A stretch of DNA of 64,000 nt from the NCBI RefSeq assembly GCF_001194135.2, contig NC_068981.1:104599087-104663086 (forward strand). Reading direction: 5' to 3'. Numbering within the stretch: position 1 is the first letter of the stretch; each line of letters opens with the position of its first letter. The DNA comes from Octopus bimaculoides. Lineage: Eukaryota. Shown in pieces: positions 26,315 to 37,849 of the stretch. The notes under the pieces were generated by a model that saw nothing but the letters and a program-made list of their open reading frames with translations, was not told the DNA's origin and ran no database searches. Made by a program: the position numbers and the translations under genes.

Positions 26315-27050
26315 AAGGCAAGGTGGCAAGCTGGAAGAATTCTTAACATGTTAGGCAAAATGTTTAATGACATTTCATCCGTCTTTACATTTGACTTTTC
26401 CTTTCATCCTCTTCGGGGTCAATAAGCACCAGTTGATCACTGGAGTCTATGTAATCAGCATACTCTCTCCACTGAAATTACTGGCCTTGTACCAAAATTT
26501 GAAACCATTATTAGAAAGGTTATATGCTGGCTGAACTGTTAGTTTGCCAGACAAAATGCTTAGTGCTCTTTCATCTGTCGTTATGTTCTGTGTCCAAATT
26601 CTGCTGAGGTCAACTTTGCCTGTCATCCTTTTGGGTTTGAGGAAATAAGTACCAGTTGAGAAGTGGGCTTGATGTAATAGACTACACCCCTCCCCAAAAT
26701 TTCAGGTATTGTACCTGTAACAGAAAATATATATATTTTTTTTGGTGCTGGCGGTATTGTTAGAATGTTGGATAAAATGCCTTGCAGCATTTCTTTTGAC
26801 TCTATGTTCTATGACCAAATTTCACTGGTCAAGTACTGGGATCAGTATAATTGACTTGCCCCCTCCCTTTAAAATTGGTAGTCTTTTTCCAAAATTAGAA
26901 AGAATTATTATTAATAAAGGTAGTGGCTGAAACTATTATCAGAAAGAATAACTTTGTAGCATTTAGTTATGTCATTGTATATTTTAAGTTCAAATCCTTC
27001 TCTGGTCAATTTTGCCTTTTGTCCTTTTGGGGTCCTAGGTATCACATGTA
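26315..27050 (+). mobile_element. About four head-to-tail SINE B copies (last partial)
   Basis: Successive gctgg..gaa..gtta heads, tttgcct..tcatcct cores and ggccttgt..caaaatt tails. Confidence 0.75.
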
Positions 27051-27670
27051 ATATACAGGACATATTTCTTTGGCAACCATGCCTTGTATAGGATACACAT
27101 TTCCAATTTTTTTTCAACCCTGTTGAGTAATTTTGGACTTAGAAAAGGGAAGCTTTAGTTTTACTCTGAACATATGAATCAAGGTTCAACTAAAAATCTG
27201 AAAACAAGCATGAACGTTTAAGACAAACTTATGAAAACATTTTGGATAGGTTAATGGTTTAAATAAGTACCAGTTAACTACTGGAATCGAAATTTGTGGC
27301 TTTGTACTTTTGTCAGTAATCATTAGATTTCATTACTAGTCTTTATTATTGCAAATAGTGCATAATTAGAAATTGTATTGCCATGTTAGTAGTTATGTCC
27401 CTTGCCATTCGGAGATTGAATCCTGCCAGTCAACTTCATCCCTTGAAGACGAATGAAATAATATACTAGTAAAATTATTGGGGTAAACCTTTAAGATAAA
27501 ATAAATTTTTTTAAAAATATTTGTACTAATGAAAGAAATTGATGTTATTATCATTACTAATGTAGCCTGAATTAACAGTAAAATTAATTTTTTTATATTT
27601 CAAGTTATTAAGAAGATTTTCCATGTGATTTATATAATTTAAAACCTAATTAACTATTAATTATTCCTAG

Positions 27671-27806
27671 GTGTTCCAGTTACTGCTAAACGAACCATTT
27701 TACGAAGGTTTTCTGCAGAGTACTATGTATGTAAAATTACTAGCTGAACTAGGTCTATTGCCAGACAGCAAGAAAGATGATGGTAGCACACTGGATGTTG
27801 ATGATG
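27671..27806 (+). CDS. SNX13: SNX13 exon (RGS end)
   Basis: tcctag|...|gtaagg; phase 0->1; VFQLLLNEPFYEGFLQSTMYVKLLAELGLLPDSKKDDGSTLDVDD (human YVRMLAELDML). Confidence 0.93.
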
Positions 27807-28519
27807 GTAAGGTTTTACTTTCCAAAAATTATACAAACTTCTGATTTCTTTTAATTTATCATTAAAAATGTAATAACAAATAAATAAATTACATTTAGGT
27901 AATAAGTATAAATATGCTACGACCAACTGAATTTAAGTGTATTTATGTTATTTCAAAATAAGTTAGCATTTTTTCTTTCTTTAAAAAGAATTGCATAAGG
28001 ATTTCAAAATATATTAAATCTATTTGTACCTAAAGATTAAGTGTACATGCAATCTTCTATAGTTTAAATCCATTATTTCAGAGATAATATATATTTCTGC
28101 TTTTGCAAATGCTGTAGCTGTAAAACTACTACAAAGTTTTAATTGAAACTTTGTAACAGTTTGTATGTCTTCAAAAAAGTAGCATAAATTATTCCCATTT
28201 ATTTATGGTCAGCTATTTTAACTGAAATATTTTGATACTATGCTCTCTTTTTTTTTTATTGTTGTCTCTTTTTTTTAAAATTTATTTCATGTCAAATGTT
28301 TAATTTGAAAACCATTGAGTGTATCCTTTACACATTTCCTTAAAAATATATAAAGTGAATGAATTGTGTTTCTACTTTGTTGATTTAGCCTAAACAGCTG
28401 TAAATAAATACATACTTGAGATAGAAGCAGCAATATTTCACTAAAACTGACTAATGTTTTACTATTTTAACCCTAGTCTTATATATTTTTGGAGAGAACA
28501 ATACAATTATTACTGTTAT

Positions 28520-28975
28520 TCTCCCTGGAGGGAAGGTTGGCACAACATTGGAGTATTAAAAAAAAATGCTTTTTGGCATTTCCTCCAGCCCTTTTTGATC
28601 CAAATTCAAATCTCCTTGATATCAGTTTTATCATTGATTCCCCCAGGGCTGATAAAATACAATACCAATCAAGTACTGGGGTCATTGATATTGAATACCC
28701 CCTCCCCTCAAAATTACTGGTGTTGTGCATAAATTAGAAACCATTAATATCATTATTGAGCTGGCAGAATCGTTAGCTTGCTGGATGAAATGCTCAGCAG
28801 CATTTCGTCTATCTTTACATTCTGAGTTCAAATTCTACTGAGGTTGACTTTGCCTTTCATCCTTTCGGGGGTTGATAAATTAAGTACCAGTGAAACACTG
28901 GGGTCAATGTAATTGACTAGCCTCCTCTCCCCAGATTTCAGGCCTTGTGTCTATGGTAGAAAGGATTATTGTTAT
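28520..28975 (+). mobile_element. Two head-to-tail SINE B copies
   Basis: Second copy near consensus (gagctggcagaatcgttag...ggccttgtgtctatggtagaaaggattatt). Confidence 0.8.
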
Positions 28976-29379
28976 TAATAATCTCCAAGATAGGCTTGTC
29001 CTGGTGAATGCCAGTGATTCTGTTCCTAGCAGAATTACTTCATTGGTTGAAAGTCGTCAAAGATTCTGCTTAACATTTTTAACACCAATTTAGATTTACT
29101 TTTTCTTCTCTTCAGTGGCTATCTTTGTCCAGTGTAGCACCTGTTTGGTATTTAAAGAGTTATAAGCCTACCAGCAGGTCCTAGCTTGATCAAACCTTGC
29201 CATTAGGTTGTAAAGGTCACTCTACATGTCTAAATTGATTCTTGACTTGTTTGTTGGACAGATTCTAAGTAGCTTTTGCTTCATATCAGAGTTTCACATG
29301 CCACATCTTGCACCCATTCAACATCATTAACATGTTATATTTATAAACATGAAGCTTAAAAGTTGAGTTTCAAGAAATG

Positions 29380-30526
29380 TGGATGGTGCAAAGTCCCCTC
29401 TCAACCCAAAATAACATGTTGGTGGAACAATGTTGTTGACAGGGCTATTAGAGAAAAGAAACGGGCTTGGAAGGACTGGAGAAAAGAAACAGGCTTGGAA
29501 GGACTGGAAGAACGGTGGTAGCAGGGAATTGTATCAGACTGCCAGAAGGGAAGCTAGGAGACAGGTTTATTTAGCTAGAGGGGAAGCAGATAAGAAAAAA
29601 ATTTGCCAATGTTCTGCGCCATGAGGATCAAAGACTTGAAGTATTTCATGTTGCAAGACAGTGTGTGAGAGAAATGTGTCCGCATGGATGATGATGTTTC
29701 ACTTGCACTAAACATGGCTGCAAAGAGAGAGGTTTGGAGACGCCACTATGAAAGGTTGCTCAATAAAGAGAATGAATGGGAGAAAGGGAGTCTGCTGAAT
29801 GTCGACCCAACAGAGGGACCAGCTATCCGAGTTGACAGTACCATGGTAGATAAAGCAATTAAGAGTATGAAGACAGGGAAGGCCCCCAGCCCATCAAGAA
29901 TTACTGCAGAGAGGCTCAAAATATCTGGCAATGTTGGCTACAGCCTAGTCACCCGTATAGTTAACCAGGTGATACATGATGGAGTCATACCCAATGACTG
30001 GTGTAGCAGCACCATAGTCAACTACTACAAAGGTAAAGGTGACGCTTTAGATACAAATAATTGCAGAGGTATCAAGTTGTTGGATCAGGTAATGAAAGTC
30101 ATGGAGAGGGTCATAGCCCAACTAATTAGGGAGAGAGTCAGTTTAGATGAGATGCAGTTTGGGTTCGTGCCAGGGAAAAGCACCACTGATGGTATATTTC
30201 TGGTAAGACAGCTGCAGGAGAAATACCTAGCCAAAGATAAACCTCTGTACCTGGCTTTCGTCGGCATGGAGAAAGCCTTTGACAGGGACCCCTGATCCCT
30301 TATCTGGTGGTGAATGAGGAAACTAGGGATAGATGAATGGTTAGTGAGAGCTGTGCAAGCCATGTACAGGGACGCTGTAAGTAAGGNNNNNNNNNNAGTG
30401 AGAGCTGTGCAAGCCATGTACAGGGACGCTGTAAGTAAGGTGAGGGTTGGCAATGAGTACAGTGAAGAATTCTGAGTAGAGGTAGGGGTCCAACAAGGTT
30501 CAGTACTCAGCCCCCTCCTATTTATC
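29380..30526 (+). mobile_element. Second RTE-clade LINE fragment, same family as 18362
   Basis: ORF 29684-30295 homologous to 18430-19212; breaks off into (TA)n and a gap. Confidence 0.93.
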
Positions 30527-31324
30527 ATATATATTATATATATATGTATTATTTATATATATATTATATTATATATNNNNNNNNNNNNNNNNNNNNNNNN
30601 NNNNNNNNNNNNNNNNNNNNNNNNNNNNNNNNNNNNNNNNNNNNNNNNNNNNNNNNNNNNNNNNNNNNNNNNNNNNTATATACGCACAGATATGCATATG
30701 TGTGCATGCATGCATGCATTACATTGAATCTTGGTTTTACAAATGCCACATTTTTCCTACAATGGTTAAGAATATTTTTGGAATTTTGAAAGAATTATTT
30801 ACAATACACTCACACACCTCTACATGTGTATAGTATATTATTTTTGTTTTGTTTTATCACAGTTCCACGGATAATTTGGTTCCAAGTAGGTATTGCTGAA
30901 AAGATATGATCTGCAGCCAGAATTTTTATTGTTACTGTTACTGTTGTTACCATATGTTGTTATTATTGTTGTTGGTGCTGTGGTGCAATTTATTGCAAAT
31001 CTTTTTGCACTTTTGCTCAATGATATTTGCTGGCTGTGGAATGCATACTGTTTGCTTTGCCATATCTTAAATCTACAATATTTAAGCCATTATTATTATT
31101 GTTATTATTATTATTAATATTGTTGTTATTGTTGCTAACCCTTTCACCCCCATCCTATATATAAAAGATACTGTGGATGTTGCTATAGTTATTGATTCAA
31201 TATTGCATTGTTGTGTGAGTGATGGCATGTGGTTTGTGCTATTTTAACTGTTGTTTGTTATTAGTTTCTCCGTCAGTTCTTTTTGCATTTTTTTTTTTTT
31301 GTAAATTTTGTTTTCTTTGTTTAG

Positions 31325-31494
31325 TTTGTTCATCCAAGTCCAGTAACCCTTCTCTGCTTGCTACTACTACTACTACTACTACTACCATCACTACTACCAT
31401 TAGTGATTCCACTTGTACTACTACTACCACCACCACCACTAGTGATACCATCTGCTCTACTACTACTATTACTACTACTACTACTACTACCACT
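31325..31494 (+). CDS. Candidate Thr-rich SNX13 exon (unproven)
   Basis: Long T-rich tract, tttag acceptor, cact|gtaagt donor; 170 nt, phase 1->0, no stop; restores frame between 27806 and 45745. Confidence 0.4.
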
Positions 31495-31984
31495 GTAAGT
31501 GCATCTTTGAAAGCTTTAAATTGTTTCACCCTTCACATGACCTATCGGCTATGATTAGTTAAATTAGTACTTATTTTTGTTTTAATATCGTGCATTATTT
31601 CCACATAGCATTCACCTGCTCTTTTAGTTCACAATTACCGAAAACTAAATTAGAAATTATTGTGAAACAGTTGCATGCTGTCCAACATAACAACAAGGGT
31701 ACCTGTCTGTGATGTTATTAAATCTGCTAGAAACAGCAGCCAAACCTCTCTCTAACTGCCTCTTATCTATCACTGAAAAGCAATGCATTGGATAACATGA
31801 TCAAAAGTACACCATTCCTTAAGAAAAGACAGGATAATCATGGTTTCAATATCTTTGATTACAGATCTGCTAAATCGTTGCTGACTTGAGTCAAACAACA
31901 GCAATAGCATTGTTTGTCTATTCTCAGTACTATTTTATACAATATTTAAAATTAAAATATCCACCCCCATCTAAATTAAATTTT

Positions 31985-32200
31985 CTGTTATAGGCACACA
32001 AGGCCTAAAATTTTGGGAGAGTGGGTAAATTGATTACATCAACCTCAGTGCTCAATTAGTACTTGTTTCATTGACCCTGAAAGGATGAAAGACAAAGTTG
32101 ATCCCAACAGAATTTGAACTCAGAACATAAAGCTGGACGAAATGCTGCTAAGCATTTTGTGTGGCATGTTAACAATTCTGTCAGCTCACTGCCTTCCCCC
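31985..32200 (-). mobile_element. SINE family B
   Basis: attgaccctgaaaggatgaaagacaaagttga...attctgtcagctcact. Confidence 0.8.
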
Positions 32201-32297
32201 CCGCCTAAAGTAAATAAAAGACAATTTATTGTTTGTTTAGCCCTGACCAAGCTGATCTATTGTCAAAGTTGTTCCCACTGTGATCATTCTAGATATA

Positions 32298-33549
32298 TTG
32301 GGTCATCCCATAAATAATGCAGTCTTTTTATACTTCTTTTATTTTTCAAAATTAAAACAGTTTTATTTTAATCTCAAATATAATCTCTTTCATTTTCTAC
32401 AATGCTCTTCGATCTGTCTGTTAGATTTGTGAGGTCCCTCTTTCAAAATTAATTTATCTGTGACAAAAAATACTCTTCCGCTATTGTTCTGACCTTGTCT
32501 ACAGAATTCATATTTTTTCCATCCAAATGGTTTTGAAAACTGTGGAATAAATGATAATCAGATGGGGCAGTGCCTGGTAAATATGGTGGATGGGGCATTG
32601 TTTCCCATTCAAACTGCTCCAGCCTTTGGAATGTCATCCTCGCTGTATGTAGCCAAGCATTATCCTGATGGAAGAACACCTTTCATCTTGAAACCAAAGA
32701 TAGTTATTTTCCTTCTAGCACTGACTTAAGCTGCTCACAGTAGATCTCCTTTGTTATCATTTGGTTTGGATTTAAAAGTTCAAAGTGGACTAAACCTTTC
32801 ATATCCCACCAAACAGATAACAACAGCTTACATGAGTGAGGACCTTCTTTAGTCTGGGATACTGGTGTTTCTCCTTTCCCCACCCACTGTCTTCGGTGCT
32901 TGACATTTTTATAGAGAACCCATTTCTCATCACTAGTAACTATTTGGTCAAAAACGGTTCATTAGTGAGACATGACAGCAAAGAAGGACACGCATTCACT
33001 CTCTGCATGCAATTAGACTTGGAAAGTTGACCCAATTTGCTGACTTTCCCAATGGCATACAGGTGTCGATGAATGGTTGAATGATCAAATTCAAGCTTCT
33101 CTGCTCGTTCATCAACAGTTACAATGGGATTTTGTTCCACCCGGGTTTGCAGGATGTCCTCATCGAGGTTTACAGATCTTCCAGGACGAGGCTCATCTTC
33201 TAGGCTGTAGTTACTGGCTTGGAATTTCTGGAACCACTGTTGACACTGGCTTACACTTATTGTCCGGTCCCCATATACTGCATTAATATTCCTTGCACTT
33301 TCTGTTGTGCTGTTGCTTTATTGAATTCATATAGCAAAATATGCTAAATATGCTTCTTTGTCACTTCCATTATATCTTTGAAAAAAAAACTGTTAAAATC
33401 GAGCTGTATTCTTCAAAACTTGCACTAAGAATGAGTACAAGGTAAAATTACTACCTGCTTTTATAGTTAATGCAGGTAGTTTATCCCATCTCCCTCTGAC
33501 TTTTAGTTCATGCAATTGAAAAATCTGCATTATCTATGGGATAACCCAA
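32298..33549 (-). mobile_element. Full-length (1252 bp) decayed mariner, DD34D
   Basis: TIRs TA-ttgggtcatcccataaataatgcag and ctgcattatctatgggataacccaa-TA; HQDNA...HPPYLPGTAPSDYHLF with 34 residues between Asp; stops present. Confidence 0.93.
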
Positions 33550-35110
33550 TACTTCTGTATATTTAGGATTACATTGTCTGATAAGAAATAGACAGCAAAT
33601 TTGCAGAGTCGGTAGAATGTGCTCTGACTCCCTACTCTTTGAGTTCAAATCCTTCCAAGGTCATCTTTATATTTCATCCTTTTTCAGTTGATAAGGTATT
33701 GTCCATGTTGGTTGATTTGTGGTGGTGTTAGAGTATTGGATGAGATATCTTGTGGCTTCAGTTCTGACTCGGTGCACTCTGAGTTCAAATCCCATCTTGT
33801 CTTTGAAAAATGGTGGCACTTCTCTACTATCAGATTTGTGATTGATAGATGGTATAATCAGTTTTAAAATTCAGGAGAAACATTGTTTCCTTGGTTTCAG
33901 TTAGAATATTGACTATCAGTATCACACTAGGATGACACGCAAATTCGTGAAGCGTTCCATATTTTATTTATTATTTTTTTTTTTATCACGGTGGTGCACC
34001 AGCATGACCTCAGCCACTTGGCTGAAACACATAAATAAATATATATATATATATATATAGTTCAAATTTACAGATTAAAGGATGAAAACAGGTGAGGGAA
34101 CAAGTTTGTGTATTGGTTTAACGTTTGGAAAAGTCTTTAATAAATGGAAAAGTCTTTGACGTTTCGAGCCTATGCTTTTCGACATCATTTAGTAAGTTTG
34201 GCTGTTATTTGATGGAGGATTTGCTGTTATTTCTAGCATATCTAACAACCATATAGAGGCTCCCTTATTGGTTTAATCATGTAGTTGATATGAATTATCA
34301 TACAACAGTGTTGATATGAATTATCTTATAACATCTTCAGAGTTGAAACAATTTGTATCAGTGATTGGCAACTTACATGAAGTACAGTACCAAATAAACA
34401 ATGACATACCAAATCTTAGTATTTCAGCATAAAATTACAATCCTTCAGTTTTCCATCTAAAGACTCTTTAATTCCATAGAAGTGATCCTTCTTTTTTTTT
34501 TTTTTTTTAATTTTTTTTTTTATATTAATTCTGTTTCAGAAAATGAAACAAAAACCGTTTTAGTTGTATGACTATCGCATATGATTTTTAACAAGAGAGA
34601 GGTTTTCTGTATTCCAAGAGGTTGCCAATTGCTGATTTACTGAAATGCAGAAATACATTATTCCTTTTGTAAATGGTGAAAATTGTTAACCAGTCAGTGT
34701 TAAAATACTGTATTCAATCACTATTGTACATTATTGATATTGTATAAAAATTGTACTTAACTTACATGATTAAAACAACTTGCAAATTACATATAAATAG
34801 TAATATGCATTGTTGGTTTGCTTATTAGGAACACTGCTGTAATTCAGTATTGTCTTACCATCATCATCATCACCACCGCCATCATTCATTTCTTTCTTTG
34901 TCAGTGTCGGTCTTATTCTCATAGACTTACGTATAGAAATCGTCAAATAATCCTTAACGGGCTGTTGACTCAGTACTAAAGAAGTAGCCAGCCTGGTAGA
35001 CCCCATCCTCCCACCTATTTTCCTCGTGGGTTAAAAACTATAGGCAGAGGTTGTAGGTATGAAGTTTAATGGAAAGTTAAATAAATGGATGAACAAGGAA
35101 TTGTACTTGC

Positions 35111-35162
35111 TTCATTGCTTCATTTTGCTGTGAGCATTCATTGCTTCATTTTGCTGTGAGCA
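35111..35162. repeat. 26-bp perfect tandem duplication
   Basis: ttcattgcttcattttgctgtgagca x2. Confidence 0.95.
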
Positions 35163-35344
35163 TTCATACATGGATCTATGATTGATACTAACGGAAAAGA
35201 TGATATTTGAGATAGCAGTAAACGAACCATACAACAAACACACAGGATATATCGTGTCTCTTCTGAATGTAATAGTTATAAGCTTTTGTGGGACATCAGG
35301 ATGTGCTGAGTTTTATTGTGCAATCATTATATTTACCATAACAA

Positions 35345-35500
35345 AAAGGCAGCGAGCTGGCAGAATCATTACTGTGTCAGACCAAATGCTTAGTGGCATT
35401 TTTCTGGCTTTACATTCTGAGTTCAAATTCTGTTGAGGTTGACTTTGCCTTTCATTCTTTTGGGGTCAATAAAATACCAGTTGAGAACTGGGGTTGGTCA
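35345..35500 (+). mobile_element. SINE family B, partial
   Basis: ggcagcgagctggcagaatc...gactttgcctttcattctttggggtcaataaaataccag. Confidence 0.8.
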
Positions 35501-36078
35501 GGACTTGTGAGTTTAGTAGAAATAATTAAATTTACTATAACAAGATTATTTATTCTTCTGTGGAGCAGAATATTTAGATGAAAACATGCAATTACAATAA
35601 AATATTATAAAAGAAGTATTACAAAAATGATAGAATATTAAATTTATGTGAGTTGTATATGGTTTGGTTTTTAGCAATTCAGTCTACACTTAGTTCCCTA
35701 CCAGCTAAGTTGTGCCTCTTCTCTTGTCAGTAAGTCTTAAAGCTCAGTGATTCTGTTCTAGTCATCTAGTTATAAATAGATCCTACAGGAACTAGTGTTT
35801 GATGATCTTAGCAGTAGGTCTGTGGATGTTATAATTGATGAGTAATTTATTATCCTTGAATGCTGAGTTCAAATCTTGTCATGAAGAAAATTGACAAAAG
35901 ACTATCCATTACCTATACAAGAAAGAAGACCTCAGTGCACTGCTGAACATCTTAGAAGCTGAGAAAAGCCTTCGTTTATTGTACATTATACAGGTGATGT
36001 ACCCAGAGGCTGACTATGTTTGCAGAAATCTGTAATCAAAGGCCCTGCTCAAGTGTTGGGTGCTTTTTCTCCATTCAG

Positions 36079-36086
36079 TGTGTCAG
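36079..36086 (+). CDS. Candidate 8-nt microexon (unproven)
   Basis: tgctttttctccattcag|TGTGTCAG|gtattt; phase 1->0 (VCQ); TGCATG at 36104. Confidence 0.3.
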
Positions 36087-37324
36087 GTATTTCTGACTTC
36101 AGTTGCATGTTGATTAAACCATGTCAAATATGAAATAAATTAAATATAATAATATTGGACAAATTGTTGAGTGAGACTTTGGCTTTGTTCACAGTTCCCA
36201 ATTTTTCTTTATTTTTCTTTCTTTATTTTTTTACTTTGTTCAAGCAAAATGTTGTCACTTGTATATTCCCCATTTTTGCATCTATTAGATAGATATGCTA
36301 GCTAATACTCCACTGTACCAGAAATATTAATAGAATTTCTGCTCTGGTAGATCATTTTTTTTGTTGTTGTTTTGTTTTGTTTTGTTTTTTTAATATTATT
36401 ATATTGCATGTCAGAGTATGTGTGATTTGAATTAGTTTTTTGGCTTTTTTGTTCTTTCTTGTATTAACAGCATTTATTGATGTGTGTGTTTGTGTGCGTG
36501 TGCTATTTAAGATTGTTCGCATTTTTGTATTGCTTTGGAGTTTAGAATATTAAAAAATTCTCTCTCTTTTTATCCTCATTTCAATGCTTGCATGGCATCC
36601 TTTGTGCATTATAATTTTATTTAATTTTTGCATAAAATATTAAATGTTTTGACTGAATTAAGACTTAGAATTAGAACTCGTTATCTTTAATTTTATGGAG
36701 TGAGTAGGTACTGATTATATTGTAGCAAGACTTAGTAGTAATAGTAAAGCTAGAAGTTATATTTTCTAGGTTAACTTTATATTTAATCTCTTGAGTCCTT
36801 AAAATAAGTGTCAGTATTATCTTGAGGTCAGTTCAATTGATTCTCTTCAATACCTGTATATTTGTGATGATAGGCATCTTTTAAGAAATTGTCACAGTTA
36901 TCATTCTTCTTTAGCTATTTTAGAGAGAAATATGTCATTTCTGCAGACTGAGTTACCATTTTTAAAACTTCTAATTTTAATACGTATAATAATGAACCTT
37001 ATATGTCTGAATTCAAGGAAAAGAAATGATACAGTAAAAAATATTTAAAAAAGCTGGAAATGTTAATATTTTTTTTTTTTGCATGTTAAAAAAGTAAAAA
37101 AATAACCAATGTATTGAATGTACTGAAGTTTCAAATATATTATCAAAATTTGTCTACCTCCACTTTATACATATACAATAGTGCAAGGAAACAGCTTATA
37201 GTCACCTAGATAATGCTTCATTGAGATGGGTATTTTTCTCAACATGACAATGATCACAATTCAGCAAATTCTCTCTTAATGCAGAAAGTCTGATATTCAC
37301 ACGGGATATACTTCTAGTAAAACT

Positions 37325-37371
<47 letters not shown>

Positions 37372-37849
37372 CTTGGTATATCAATTAAAAATAAATTCAT
37401 GTCTTATTACTGTTTTAGTAATTTAATAAATAGGACTTGTGTTGATTATTGTTTTCCTTTTGGTATTGATTTATAGATTTTGAAGTTATTCTTCATGTTA
37501 TTTCTCTATAAAATGTCTCTTAAATCTCATAAAAAAAGAAATCTCTGCTACAGGACTTATTAAATATTTCCTGTTAATTTAATGAAGAATTACACTGTCA
37601 CTTGTGAAAGCACTCTTACAATATAAGGTTGAGATATTTGGCCTTTATTCGTGTGATCAATTTATGAAACCAGTCTTTATTAAAGCTGAAAAATAATCAA
37701 GTATATCTATTGTGTGACATAGCCTGTTAAGTGGCTTACAAACTAAAAATACCTGATTCTTAGTTTTAAAGTTTTAAACATTATTCTAAAGTTTGTGTTC
37801 TCTTTATATGTTAAAAAAATATATGTACATATACGGCATCATCACCATA

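Noticed and set aside
29116-29147. Possible phase 1->0 bridging exon (VAIFVQCSTCL)
   Set aside because: Good acceptor but weak donor TTG|GTATTT and no other support; kept only as fallback.
30343-30440. 44-bp exact direct repeat inside RTE copy 2
   Set aside because: The copies flank a 10-N gap; typical unmerged contig overlap.
31239-31529. Minus-strand poly-Val ORF
   Set aside because: Antisense reading of the (ACT)n tract; no independent support.
33688-33695. 8-nt phase 1->0 candidate TTGATAAG
   Set aside because: Lies inside a decayed SINE B core; it also shows such micro-motifs arise by chance.
34540-34565. Phase 1->0 candidate ENETKTVLV
   Set aside because: Poor donor GTT|GTATGA.
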